The notes beneath the pieces were generated by a model. The model ran no database searches, was not told where the DNA came from, and saw only the letters and a list, made by a program, of their open reading frames with translations. The translations under genes and the position numbers were made by a program. Positions 1 through 9,212 of a stretch of DNA of 64,000 nucleotides are shown piece after piece. This DNA comes from Bacillota bacterium. Lineage in GTDB: Bacteria > Bacillota_I > Bacilli_A > RFN20 > CAG-826. Location of the stretch: assembly GCA_030834445.1 (NCBI GenBank), contig JAURFC010000002.1, forward strand, positions 8,504-72,503. Direction: 5' to 3'. Positions within the stretch are counted from its first letter, which is position 1. Each line of letters opens with the position of its first letter.

Positions 1-900
1 GAATCCCTTATCACCAATCGCCTCCCCGAACCTGAAACCCACAAGGCCGTTTACGGGCTTTTGTTAAATCAGGAAGGTTACCCCATCGATGATCTCATTG
101 CCTACCCGTTTTCAAAACAAAAAATTCTCGTCGTCATCAATGCGATTAACGCCGTCATTGATTTAGAGTGGCTGCGATCCCATCAACAGAAACATCAGTA
201 TGACGTTCATCTTGAGGTAGTGACGTTATCCATGTGCCAACTTGCCCTTCAAGGGCCTCTGTCTGAAAAAGTATTACAAGCCGTAATCACTAAAAAAGTG
301 GAATTATCTCAGCTTAAATTTATGACCTATGTTGAAACCAAACATCAAGGCCATTGGCTCATGATATCCCGATCTGGTTACACCGGAAGCGATGGGTTTG
401 AAATTTATGCGGATGTAAAAACGACCGCCTTATTATGGGAAGCTTTGTTAAAACAAGACAATGTCACTCCTTGTGGATTGGGCGCGCGCGACACATTACG
501 TTTTGAAGCGGCACTCCCTCTTTATTCCCACGAAATCTCACCAGAAATTCATCCGCTGGAAGCAGGTTTATCCTTTGCGCTCAAATGGGATAAAGAATTT
601 GTCGGTAAAGAGGCACTTCTCACAATCAAGGACGTCCCGTTAAAACGAAAACTTGTCGGTCTTGAACTCCGCGATCGGGGTGTCATCCGGGCCGAGTATC
701 CTGTTCTTATTGGGGATCAAACCATCGGCCATGTCACAACAGGATATTTACTTCCTGGCCGTGAAAAAGGTTTAGCCATGGCGCTTCTAGATGCCCCGTA
801 TTATGAACTCGGCCAAGAAGTCACGGTGATGATGAGAACGACCCCCTTACGCGCCGTCGTTCGTGATATGATATTTATGCAAAAGCAATATAAACGCTAA
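1..900 (+). CDS. gcvT: Glycine cleavage system T protein (aminomethyltransferase), 5'-truncated by window edge
   Basis: Frame 1 is open from base 1 (ESLITNRLPEPETHKAVYGLLLNQEGYPIDDLI), so the TTG at 61 is internal. GcvT-like motifs SRSGYTGSDGFEIY and GLGARDTLRFEA. First gene of a gcvT-H-PA-PB cluster. Confidence 0.9.
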   Translation, partial: ESLITNRLPEPETHKAVYGLLLNQEGYPIDDLIAYPFSKQKILVVINAINAVIDLEWLRSHQQKHQYDVHLEVVTLSMCQLALQGPLSEKVLQAVITKKVELSQLKFMTYVETKHQGHWLMISRSGYTGSDGFEIYADVKTTALLWEALLKQDNVTPCGLGARDTLRFEAALPLYSHEISPEIHPLEAGLSFALKWDKEFVGKEALLTIKDVPLKRKLVGLELRDRGVIRAEYPVLIGDQTIGHVTTGYLLPGREKGLAMALLDAPYYELGQEVTVMMRTTPLRAVVRDMIFMQKQYKR

Positions 901-911
901 GGAGATTACCC

Positions 912-1277
912 ATGTCAGAAAAACGTTATTCCCCCTCTCACGAATGGGTGGTCATCCACGATGATATTGCCACCATTGGCATTACCGAATTCGCCCAAGC
1001 AAGTTTAGGTACCATCGTGTTTGTCGACTTACCGAATCCCGGTAAATCCTTCAAAGAAAATGATATTTTTGGGGTTGTTGAATCCGTGAAATCCGCGTCT
1101 GATCTGTATCTTCCTGTGTCTGGAGAAGTCTTAGAAATCAACGAAGCAGTCGCCACAAATCCCGAACTCATTAATGAGAATGCCGAAGAAAATTGGATGA
1201 TTAAATTAAAAGTCACAAATCCTAGTGAATTTGCTAAACTATTGAGCAAGGAAGACTATGACGCCTTAGCGAAATAG
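912..1277 (+). CDS. gcvH: Glycine cleavage system H protein (lipoyl carrier)
   Basis: 121 aa. Lipoyl-lysine motif VESVKSASD. YSPSHEWV N-terminus typical of GcvH. SD aaggag 6 nt upstream. Confidence 0.93.
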   Translation: MSEKRYSPSHEWVVIHDDIATIGITEFAQASLGTIVFVDLPNPGKSFKENDIFGVVESVKSASDLYLPVSGEVLEINEAVATNPELINENAEENWMIKLKVTNPSEFAKLLSKEDYDALAK

Positions 1278-1289
1278 TCGTTGAAGTGT

Positions 1290-2609
1290 ATGTTCAAATA
1301 CTTGCCGCTGACCGATACCAATCGTAAAGATATGTTAAAAGTCATCAACGTCTCGGATGTTGATGACTTATTAATTGATATCCCTTCTTCATTAAGGTTG
1401 AAAAAACCGTATGCCATTTTGCCACGCTTATCCGAACACCAATTACGCAAACACCTTAAAGCAAATCAAGGCACGGTATTAGAATCTTACCGCGGATTTG
1501 GCGCCTATGAACATGAACGTCCTGCAATCGTGGACACGTTGAGTTCGCGTCAAGAATTTTTAACGTCCTACACACCCTATCAACCCGAAGTGGCACAAGG
1601 GACCTTGCAATATATTTTTGAATGGCAATCGATGATCACCGAACTCACCGGTATGGAGGTTTCCAATGCCTCGGTTTATGATGGACCCACCGCTCTTGCC
1701 GAAGCGATGATGATGGCCGTCAATATTGCGACGCATCGCCGTGTGATTGTTGCTTCCCCCTTACTTCCGCATGTGGAAAAAGTCATTCAAACGTATGCCC
1801 ATTATCGAAATATAACCTTGGATGTCTTACCTTCGAAAGCCGGACTCATTGATATAAATGCGCTTGAAAAAGCGATGCAAGAACCGTTTTCAGCGGTGAT
1901 TTTTTGTTACCCAAATCGTTACGGAAATATCGAGTATTTCGACCGTTTTGTTGCCGCGATTCATCAACAAAAAGCCCTGGTTATTTCCTACAATGACCCT
2001 TTTGCCTTATCTCGTTTAAAAACGCCGGGTTCCTTAGGTGCTGACATCGTCTGTGGTGAGGCACAATCGTTAGGACTTCCGTTATCTTTTGGTGGTCCTT
2101 ATTTAGGATATTTAGCAACAAAGATGGACTATGTTCGCAAAATGCCAGGTCGCATTTGTGGATACACCAAAGATTCCCGTGGGGAACGGGGCTTTGTCTT
2201 AACGTTACAAGCGCGGGAACAACACATTCGTCGGGAAAAAGCGAACTCTAACATTTGTTCAAATCAATCCTTACTCGCATTACAGGCCACCATTTATTGT
2301 GCTTCGATGGGAAAACAAGGGCTCGTCAAAGCCTTTGATCAAGCCACGCAAGCAACTCATTACCTCGCCCAAGAACTTGTGAAGACAAATCTGTTTACGA
2401 TGGCCTTTCAAGCACCCTTTGCCTATGAAGTGACGCTGACATATGTCGGCGACACCGAAGCATTAGAAAACGGGCTCTTACAACACGGATACTTATTAGG
2501 ACAACGTCTTGACGATCAGCGCGTGATATTTTATTGTTCTGAAAGCAAAACAAAAACAGATATCGATGCGTTTGTCTCGCTTATCAAGGAGGTTCATCAT
2601 GACTTATAA
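1290..2609 (+). CDS. gcvPA: Glycine dehydrogenase (decarboxylating) subunit 1
   Basis: MFKYLPLTDTNRKDML N-terminus matches the usual GcvPA start, so ATG 1290 is preferred over the TTG at 1281. SYTPYQPEVAQGTLQ motif. Overlaps gcvPB start. Confidence 0.9.
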   Translation: MFKYLPLTDTNRKDMLKVINVSDVDDLLIDIPSSLRLKKPYAILPRLSEHQLRKHLKANQGTVLESYRGFGAYEHERPAIVDTLSSRQEFLTSYTPYQPEVAQGTLQYIFEWQSMITELTGMEVSNASVYDGPTALAEAMMMAVNIATHRRVIVASPLLPHVEKVIQTYAHYRNITLDVLPSKAGLIDINALEKAMQEPFSAVIFCYPNRYGNIEYFDRFVAAIHQQKALVISYNDPFALSRLKTPGSLGADIVCGEAQSLGLPLSFGGPYLGYLATKMDYVRKMPGRICGYTKDSRGERGFVLTLQAREQHIRREKANSNICSNQSLLALQATIYCASMGKQGLVKAFDQATQATHYLAQELVKTNLFTMAFQAPFAYEVTLTYVGDTEALENGLLQHGYLLGQRLDDQRVIFYCSESKTKTDIDAFVSLIKEVHHDL

Positions 2610-4062
2610 TCGCCTTATTTTTGAACTTTCTTCGCCCGGACGTATTGGGTTTGAATTAACCCAACAAGGGTTCCAAGACGGGGATGTATCCACTCCGTTA
2701 GATACCTCCTTATTCCGCGACTCACCCGCCGATCTTCCTGAAGTTTCCGAACTTGAGGTTGTTCGTCATTATACGAAAGTTTCCCAAAAGAATATTGGCA
2801 TTGAATCTGGGTTTTATCCTCTTGGTTCCTGCACGATGAAGTATAATCCTAAAATTAATGATGAAATGGCCTCTTTAGATGGGTTCCGTCTCATTCATCC
2901 CTTACAACCTTTATCCACCGTTCAACCTTTACTTAAGCTCTATCATGAAACCGCGACGATGCTCAATGAAATCACCGGGATGGCTGGAACCACCTTGAAC
3001 ACATTTGCCGGTGCCCATGGGGAACTCATCGGTCTGATGATTATGAAGCATTATCATGAATTACGGGGTGATCACCGTCGTACCAAAGTCATTATTCCTG
3101 ATTCTGCACACGGAACTAACCCGGCCAGCGCCATGATGCTTGGCTATGAAACGATAACCTTACCTTCCAAAGATGGCTTAGTCGACATTGATACGTTATT
3201 ACCGTTCCTGGATGACACCATCGCCGGCATTATGTTAACGAACCCGAACACGATGGGCTTATTCGAAAAAGATATTTTAAAAATTTCCAAAGCCGTTCAC
3301 GATGTGGGAGGCTTACTCTATTACGATGGTGCCAATTTAAATCCCTTACTTGGTATCGCCCGACCCGGTGATATGGGTTTTGATATCATGCACATGAATT
3401 TACACAAAACCTTTTCCACACCACATGGAGGAGGGGGTCCGGGTTCTGGTCCCGTCAGTGTTGCCGCGCATCTCGTAGAATATCTCCCAAGTCCGGTGGT
3501 GACGAAAGTCGGTGAGGACTACACGCTATCCTACCCTGAACATGCGTGTGGTCAAGTGGGTGGATTTTACGGGAATTTCCTGGTGATGATTCGCGCTTAT
3601 TCCTACATTCGCACCGTCGCCCACGACCTCATGAATGTTGGACCGAATGCTATTTTAAACGCCAATTACATTAAAGAATCCTTAAAAAACGACTATAAAT
3701 TAGTCATTCAAAAACCGTGTATGCACGAATTCGTTTTCAGTGGCTTAATCGACCAATCCACGGGGGTAAAAACCTTAGACATCGCGAAACGTACCCTTGA
3801 TTTTGGCATTCACGCGCCGACGATTTATTTCCCTCTCCTTGTTGAACAATCCATTATGATTGAGCCGACCGAAGTTGAATCCAAAGAAACACTTGATCAA
3901 TTTATTGCCATTTTCAAACAAATTGCTCACGAAGCAAAGACTCAGCCTGATATCGTGAAAACTGCGCCACATTCCACGCCTGTGGGCCGATTAGATGAAG
4001 TCTTTGCCGCACGTTTCCCCACTTTACACTTCAAAGCCCTCCAAAAAGTCGAACAAAAATAA
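2599..4062 (+). CDS. gcvPB: Glycine dehydrogenase (decarboxylating) subunit 2
   Basis: ATG 2599 is preceded by aaggagg. PLP-lysine region NLHKTFSTPHGGGGPG typical of GcvPB. Confidence 0.92.
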   Translation: MTYNRLIFELSSPGRIGFELTQQGFQDGDVSTPLDTSLFRDSPADLPEVSELEVVRHYTKVSQKNIGIESGFYPLGSCTMKYNPKINDEMASLDGFRLIHPLQPLSTVQPLLKLYHETATMLNEITGMAGTTLNTFAGAHGELIGLMIMKHYHELRGDHRRTKVIIPDSAHGTNPASAMMLGYETITLPSKDGLVDIDTLLPFLDDTIAGIMLTNPNTMGLFEKDILKISKAVHDVGGLLYYDGANLNPLLGIARPGDMGFDIMHMNLHKTFSTPHGGGGPGSGPVSVAAHLVEYLPSPVVTKVGEDYTLSYPEHACGQVGGFYGNFLVMIRAYSYIRTVAHDLMNVGPNAILNANYIKESLKNDYKLVIQKPCMHEFVFSGLIDQSTGVKTLDIAKRTLDFGIHAPTIYFPLLVEQSIMIEPTEVESKETLDQFIAIFKQIAHEAKTQPDIVKTAPHSTPVGRLDEVFAARFPTLHFKALQKVEQK

Positions 4063-4140
4063 TGTTTTCACGGAAACTTATTCTTTGCATCCTAGCAATC
4101 TTTTTGATACTTTATTTTTAGATTTTTTAGGAGGTTTCAT

Positions 4141-5595
4141 ATGAAACTTAAACGCGAACTCGGATTGTTCTCTAGTATTGCGATTTTAGCAGGGATTATG
4201 ATTGGATCGGGTATCTATTTCTTTTCCATGCTCGTCCTTGGATTAGCATCCAACAGCCTTAGCCTCTCCCTAGTTGCCTGGATTGTCGGGGGGATTTTAA
4301 CGTTATTCTCTGCATTAACGTATGCTGAATTAGGCACGTTATTTCCGAAGACCGGTGGATATTATGTTTATTTAAAGAAAGCGTATGGTCCACGCCTCGC
4401 TTTCTTATCAGGGATCACCAACTTCTTCTTATCAAGCAGTGGTTCTGTCGCCTTATTGGCTTTGCTTTTTGCCCAAGCGTTTGGTTACATGCTGAATGCA
4501 CCTTTTGATAGCGTAACGACCGCAGCGATTGCCATTGGTGTCATTCTTGTTTTGTCCTTCGTTAACTATTTAGGTTTACGCTACGGGAAGGTCGTTCAAA
4601 ACGTCTTTTTTGTGGCGAAACTCATTCCACTTTTGATTGTCATTTTCTATGGTTTATTTTTCGGAACTCAAACCGATATTTTTGCGTCAAATGGCGCTGA
4701 AAATGTCGAATTTGGTTTACTCATTTCCGGATTACTCTTTGCCGTTGCCCGTACCTTATTCGCCTATGAAGGTTGGACCAACTTAAACAACGTGGTTGAA
4801 GAAATGAAAGATGCCCAACGGGATTTACCAAAAGCATTATCCATCGCTGTCTTACTCGTGATGGGAGTCTATGTCTTATTTGTGGTTGGTTTATACCGAA
4901 TTCTTGATCTCTCTACGTTAACGGCTGCTGCAGAAGGCGCGCTTAGTGCTGGTTTTGATGTCACTGCCATCTTTGGAGCGTTCGGAACCATCTTCGCCAA
5001 TTTCGCGGATGCTTTAAGCTTGATTGTCTTTGGGGCGATTGTCATCTCCATTTTTGGCGCGCTCAACGGTTCAATTCTTTCCTTCCCGCGCGTTTACTAT
5101 GCGATGGCACAAGACGAAACGATGCCGTCTATATTTGGCCAAGTGGATCGTAAATTCGGCACTCCGTGGGTCGCAATTTTAGGTCAAACGATTGTCTCAA
5201 TCATCATCGTTTTACTCGGTTATGATAATGTCAACTACTTACTCACACTCATCTTGTTTGGTGGGCTCATTTTTAACACACTTATCTTCTTCTCGATCTT
5301 CCGCTTCCGTAAGACCATGAAAGAAGCCAAACGTTCCTACCGTGTCTGGGGTTACCCCTATGTTCCTTCTCTTGCTATCGCTGGAATGGTCATCTTACTT
5401 GTGGTGACATTAATCAATAGTTTCGAACCGACGATTTTAGGATTATTTGTCTTACTCATCGGGAATGGTGTTTACGATGTTTTTATGGATAAAAAACACC
5501 TTGCTGTCGCGGATGTTGCTCCGGTAACACCAGCGGCAAAACCTGTAAAAAAAGCAACCACCCCAAAAACCAAAAAAGTCGCGAAGAAACGTTAA
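4141..5595 (+). CDS. APC-superfamily amino acid permease with Lys/Pro/Thr-rich C-terminal tail
   Basis: 484 aa, about 12 predicted TM helices. N-terminal GIMIGSGIYF motif of amino-acid permeases. SD taggagg 7 nt upstream. Follows the gcv genes with no terminator between. Confidence 0.8.
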   Translation: MKLKRELGLFSSIAILAGIMIGSGIYFFSMLVLGLASNSLSLSLVAWIVGGILTLFSALTYAELGTLFPKTGGYYVYLKKAYGPRLAFLSGITNFFLSSSGSVALLALLFAQAFGYMLNAPFDSVTTAAIAIGVILVLSFVNYLGLRYGKVVQNVFFVAKLIPLLIVIFYGLFFGTQTDIFASNGAENVEFGLLISGLLFAVARTLFAYEGWTNLNNVVEEMKDAQRDLPKALSIAVLLVMGVYVLFVVGLYRILDLSTLTAAAEGALSAGFDVTAIFGAFGTIFANFADALSLIVFGAIVISIFGALNGSILSFPRVYYAMAQDETMPSIFGQVDRKFGTPWVAILGQTIVSIIIVLLGYDNVNYLLTLILFGGLIFNTLIFFSIFRFRKTMKEAKRSYRVWGYPYVPSLAIAGMVILLVVTLINSFEPTILGLFVLLIGNGVYDVFMDKKHLAVADVAPVTPAAKPVKKATTPKTKKVAKKR

Positions 5596-5620
5596 TTATT
5601 AACCGTGACGGGGGAAGAAA

Positions 5621-5647
5621 AAGGACCTCTTCGGAGGTCTTTTTTTA
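5621..5647 (+). terminator. Rho-independent terminator after the gcv/permease unit
   Basis: GACCTC-ttcg-GAGGTC hairpin (5624-5639) followed by a T7 run. Confidence 0.8.
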
Positions 5648-5674
5648 TCGGGAATAAGCAAATGTTTTCATAGA

Positions 5675-5712
5675 AAACTTTCGTTTATCTTTACCGAAAA
5701 ATTTCCTACAAT
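5675..5712 (+). promoter_or_regulatory. Putative promoter (-10 TACAAT 5707-5712) with degenerate SOS-box-like palindrome AAAC-N4-GTTT (5675-5686)
   Basis: AGAAAACTTTCGTTTATCT is an imperfect palindrome resembling the Firmicute Cheo box GAAC-N4-GTTC, with symmetrical G>A / C>T changes. It sits over the -35 position upstream of a Y-family polymerase. Confidence 0.3.
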
Positions 5713-5724
5713 AAGAGTCCACCT

Positions 5725-6990
5725 ATGTTAAAAGCAAAACCATCGCCCACGTACCCTAATGTCATTTCCGTTCTCGATTTAAAAAGCTTTTATGCGGTCG
5801 TAGAATGTGTTGAACGTGGATTGGATCCGTACAAAACCCCTCTTGTTGTCGCGGATAAAACCCGCGGGACTGGCACGATCGTTTTAGCCGTTTCTCCGTT
5901 TTTACGTCAACTTGGTGTTCCTTCTCGTCTCCGTGTTTTTGAATTACCGAAACGTAACGATATTATTTTTGCAACACCTCGTATGAGTTTATATTTACAA
6001 CGTTCGGCCCAAGTCATGCAAACGTTACTTGATTTTGTGGGGGAAGACGATTTACATGTGTATAGCATTGATGAAGCCTTTCTCAACTTAGGACCGTATC
6101 TTGCTTACTACAACATGGATGCGGTAGCCTTAATGCTTAAAATCAAAAATACGTTATATCAACGCATGAAGTTATTTTCCACCATCGGCATTGGGGACAA
6201 TCCATTTTTAGCGAAAAGTGCCTTGGATAATGAATCTAAAAAATCCCCCAACGGGATTGCAAGTTGGTATCAACACCAACTTCAGGAAAAACTGTGGCCT
6301 CTCCCCATTGGTGAGATGTGGGGTGTCGCCAAACGTATGGAAGTTCGCCTCCAGCAACTCGGTATTTTCACGATTGGTGATCTCGCGCATTACCCCTTGC
6401 ACCGACTGCATGCTCGGTTTGGGATCATGGGTGAACAACTCCACCGCCATGCCAATGGCATTGATGAATCGAATATTCGAGAAAAATATGTACCCGAATC
6501 ACCTGGTATTAGCATGGGACAAGTGTTGTATCGCGATTATAATCCCAGTGAAATTCCTGTTGTCATCCGGGAAATGTGTGATGATTTATGTTTACGATTA
6601 CGGCTTGAAAACCAATTATCCAGTCTCGTTCACCTTTCGATTGGTTATTCCAAAACGTTGGGAGGATTTTCTCACCAAATGAGTTTAATTCGGGCCACCG
6701 ATGATGAAGATGTTTTATATCGGGCGCTCATGGTGCTTTTCCACAAATACGTGGAGGATAAACCGATTCGCAATGTGACCTTTGCCTTCCGTAAACTCGT
6801 TCCCTTAAAAAACGAACAATTGGATTTATTTGTGGATCCCTTTCTTGCAGAAAAGAAACGAAAACTTCAGCAAACGATTGCGAGCATTAAGCATCGTTTT
6901 GGTCATAATGCGGTGTTGCGTACATCTGCGCTTCTTGAAGCCTCCACAACGGTGGAACGTCACACGTTAATTGGGGGTCATCGTAAATGA
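5725..6990 (+). CDS. Y-family DNA polymerase (ImpB/MucB/SamB, UvrX/DinB-like translesion polymerase)
   Basis: N-terminus VLDLKSFYAVVECVERGLDPYKTPLVVAD and SIDEAFLNL motif typical of UmuC/UvrX-type Y polymerases. ATGA overlap with a YolD-like gene. Confidence 0.88.
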   Translation: MLKAKPSPTYPNVISVLDLKSFYAVVECVERGLDPYKTPLVVADKTRGTGTIVLAVSPFLRQLGVPSRLRVFELPKRNDIIFATPRMSLYLQRSAQVMQTLLDFVGEDDLHVYSIDEAFLNLGPYLAYYNMDAVALMLKIKNTLYQRMKLFSTIGIGDNPFLAKSALDNESKKSPNGIASWYQHQLQEKLWPLPIGEMWGVAKRMEVRLQQLGIFTIGDLAHYPLHRLHARFGIMGEQLHRHANGIDESNIREKYVPESPGISMGQVLYRDYNPSEIPVVIREMCDDLCLRLRLENQLSSLVHLSIGYSKTLGGFSHQMSLIRATDDEDVLYRALMVLFHKYVEDKPIRNVTFAFRKLVPLKNEQLDLFVDPFLAEKKRKLQQTIASIKHRFGHNAVLRTSALLEASTTVERHTLIGGHRK

Positions 6991-7295
6991 GCGATCGAGG
7001 GATGAAAAAATGGGCACCTTATGCCTCTTTGATTGAGCAAAAGGGAACCATGCAACGTATGAAGCAACAACGCGTACGTTCAACAAAACCACACTTGTCG
7101 CAAGAAGCCGCGGAAGCGTTGAACCGTAATCTTCTTGAAAGTGTTGGTAAAAACGTGGTTATTGAATATTTTGAAGACGGGGAACGAAAAAAAATCAACA
7201 CACTCGTTATTCGTTTAAATCTTGATGAAAAAATACTAAAAACTAACCACGGAAATTTTCCTTTTTCCACGCTTCTTTGGATAGAGATTGATTAG
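6987..7295 (+). CDS. YolD-like protein (Y-polymerase accessory)
   Basis: 102 aa. RGMKKWAPYASL N-terminal motif characteristic of YolD family. Translationally coupled to the polymerase. Confidence 0.75.
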   Translation: MSDRGMKKWAPYASLIEQKGTMQRMKQQRVRSTKPHLSQEAAEALNRNLLESVGKNVVIEYFEDGERKKINTLVIRLNLDEKILKTNHGNFPFSTLLWIEID

Positions 7296-7418
7296 ATCAA
7301 ATTACCAATAAATTTTCATCTTAGGTTGTTTAATGGGTAATGAAATCTATCACCACACCTAATAAATTTACCGAACTTCATTCGCATCCTGATTTTTTTT
7401 GGTGTAAAGTAATGAAGA

Positions 7419-7946
7419 ATGAATGCTTCCATCAACGCATTATTAGTTCGTATTCAACAAGGGGAAGTCGAAGCGATGAATGAGTTATACTTGCAAACTA
7501 AGCGAGGTGTTTTTAGTTTTGTTTTGCCCTACCTTCGCGATATGCATCTTTGTGAAGACATCATGCAAGATACGTATGTGAAAATTTTTCAAAACATTCA
7601 ACAATTTCAACCCAAAACCAATGGCCTCAATTGGATGCTCACGATTGCAAAAAATACCGCATTAAATCTTATTAACGTTCGTCAACGCGAAGATTCTTTT
7701 GATACCCAAGAAATGAATGATGTCCTTGATGGCGGGCAAGATACATACGAATTTGATTCTCCCATTATTCAAAAAGCCAAAGCGCTTCTTCCTGAGGATG
7801 AAGCTCACATTGTTTTCTTATATGCGATTGGGGATTACAAACATCGCGAAATCGCCACCATGTTATCGTTACCGCTTGGCACCGTAACATGGAAATACAA
7901 CAAGGCGATGAAAACATTGAGGGAGGCGTTCCGTGATGAACAATAA
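7419..7946 (+). CDS. ECF-type RNA polymerase sigma-70 family factor
   Basis: 175 aa. Region 2 (DIMQDTYVKIF) and region 4 HTH (HREIATMLSLPLGTVTWKYNKAMKTLRE). Confidence 0.88.
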   Translation: MNASINALLVRIQQGEVEAMNELYLQTKRGVFSFVLPYLRDMHLCEDIMQDTYVKIFQNIQQFQPKTNGLNWMLTIAKNTALNLINVRQREDSFDTQEMNDVLDGGQDTYEFDSPIIQKAKALLPEDEAHIVFLYAIGDYKHREIATMLSLPLGTVTWKYNKAMKTLREAFRDEQ

Positions 7947-9144
7947 AGACCTTCTTAAAAAACTTAAACACGAAGCGACCCGAATTGAACCTAATCTTTC
8001 TTCATTTATGATTGAACGGTTTGGAGCTCCTACACCCAAGAAAACGTTCTCAATCTGGCGGTTTTTTCCAACTGCAACCCTCGTTCTTGGTTTCTTTATC
8101 GTGGGGATTTTAATTGGAACCTCGACCCCGATTGCCATCACCTCTTCAACGCCATCGATTACCGATTCGAGTTCCACGATCACAACGTCCGTTACATCCG
8201 AAAATCCTTCCATCGTAACCAGTTCAGAAGTCACGCTGCCTCCGCTTCGCCTTGAAGGCGATAAAGCGGCGCTTTCGGTTTCAACGATAACCACGGCCTC
8301 TTTGTTTACGAATTTAAATAGTGTCAATACCGCACCGCTTGCTGGGATCCGATTAACGAAACCCACACGACCTTCCTATGACTTTGATGAAACAATGACC
8401 TTAATTCGTCCTTATTTAGGATTATTTGAACAATTACTTGGACGTGCAGATGCCCCCATTGTCACGACCGAAGCCTTGATCGATCAACCATTCGCCTATG
8501 TCGATCGCTTCTCTGTCTTCGACATTCAAGGGAATACGATTGATTATGCGCTTTATTACAATCTCGATAATGTTGAAACGGTGAATGAAGAAACCTTTTA
8601 TACCCTTCAAGGCGAATTAATGATTAATCAAGGCGAACCTCTTCTTGTCAGTGGTTCTAAAATCATCGAAGACGATGAAATTATTCTCTCCTTTAAAGCG
8701 GAAGCGGACGCCAGTAATTACATCGAATCCATTTATAAATACGAAGAGGACGAAACAAAAATTCGCATTCGCAAAATGGTCGATAATGTCTTGAATGTCT
8801 CTATTTTCAAATTGGAAATCGATCAAGATGAAACTGAAATTGAACTTCTTTTCCTCGAGGAAAATGATGAAAATCGCGTTCAAGATCGTTTCAAATTTGA
8901 ATACGAAACGGAAGACGGTGAAAATATCTTGAAAATCTCCTTTACCCTGGCCACTGAAACTGGTCAAGTCAAAGGGAAAATCAAAGTCTTGGTCGTTGAA
9001 ATTCTTGACGAAAACCTTCAAGTTATCGGTTATGAATATTTAGCCTATGAACTGGATGAAAATGACAGGGAAACCGATGAATGGCGTGATAAGCGTGACG
9101 AACATCATCACGATGACGATGATGATGATGACGATGAATCGTAA
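7933..9144 (+). CDS. Putative membrane anti-sigma factor with Ser/Thr-rich linker, acidic ectodomain and HHH-D8-ES tail
   Basis: Overlaps the sigma gene stop (GTG 7933 or ATG 7936). Short cytoplasmic N-terminus, one TM (FFPTATLVLGFFIVGILIG), S/T-rich linker, highly acidic C-domain. No recognisable zinc anti-sigma motif. Confidence 0.6.
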   Translation: MMNNKDLLKKLKHEATRIEPNLSSFMIERFGAPTPKKTFSIWRFFPTATLVLGFFIVGILIGTSTPIAITSSTPSITDSSSTITTSVTSENPSIVTSSEVTLPPLRLEGDKAALSVSTITTASLFTNLNSVNTAPLAGIRLTKPTRPSYDFDETMTLIRPYLGLFEQLLGRADAPIVTTEALIDQPFAYVDRFSVFDIQGNTIDYALYYNLDNVETVNEETFYTLQGELMINQGEPLLVSGSKIIEDDEIILSFKAEADASNYIESIYKYEEDETKIRIRKMVDNVLNVSIFKLEIDQDETEIELLFLEENDENRVQDRFKFEYETEDGENILKISFTLATETGQVKGKIKVLVVEILDENLQVIGYEYLAYELDENDRETDEWRDKRDEHHHDDDDDDDDES

Positions 9145-9154
9145 AACGTTCTTA

Positions 9155-9182
9155 TTGACAATAAAAATCCTAATTTTATAAT
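9155..9182 (+). promoter_or_regulatory. SigA-type promoter of glnA
   Basis: TTGACA (9155-9160), 16-nt spacer, TATAAT (9177-9182). SD gggggac precedes ATG 9213. Confidence 0.7.
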
Positions 9183-9212
9183 GAAGTTAACATTTCAAAA
9201 GGGGGACACTTT

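Noticed and set aside
938-1249. Antisense or alternate-frame ORFs in the six-frame track. Examples: 938-1249(-), 6218-6682(+), 7869-8366(-), 8617-9021(-), 22555-22875(+), 23188-23571(+), 36962-37303(-), 38471-38785(-), 42486-42773(+), 44602-44958(+), 53696-53989(+), 54628-54954(+), 60674-60943(-), plus about 40 shorter ones.
   Set aside because: Each lies wholly inside a longer ORF whose product has clear family motifs. Their translations are low-complexity or mirror-frame artefacts without SDs or recognisable domains.
4063-4140. Riboswitch or terminator between gcvPB and the permease.
   Set aside because: The 78-bp gap has no stable hairpin with a T-tract and is too short for known amino-acid riboswitches. 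Glycine riboswitches normally precede gcvT, which starts outside the window.
7296-7418. Small RNA or ECF-type autoregulated promoter (GAAC-N16-17-CGT) upstream of the sigma gene.
   Set aside because: A GAAC is present (ccGAACtt) but no properly spaced CGT-type -10 was found. Nor is there any conserved structure I can support from the sequence alone.
9103-9141. (GAT/GAC)n run as a phase-variable microsatellite.
   Set aside because: The repeat unit is a codon, so slippage keeps the frame. The tract is interrupted (GAT GAC GAT GAT GAT GAT GAC GAT). It is better read as a poly-Asp coding tail.
9141-9212. GlnR/TnrA operator (TGTNA-N7-TNACA) at the glnA promoter.
   Set aside because: No match better than half a site could be found by eye; it needs a matrix scan.
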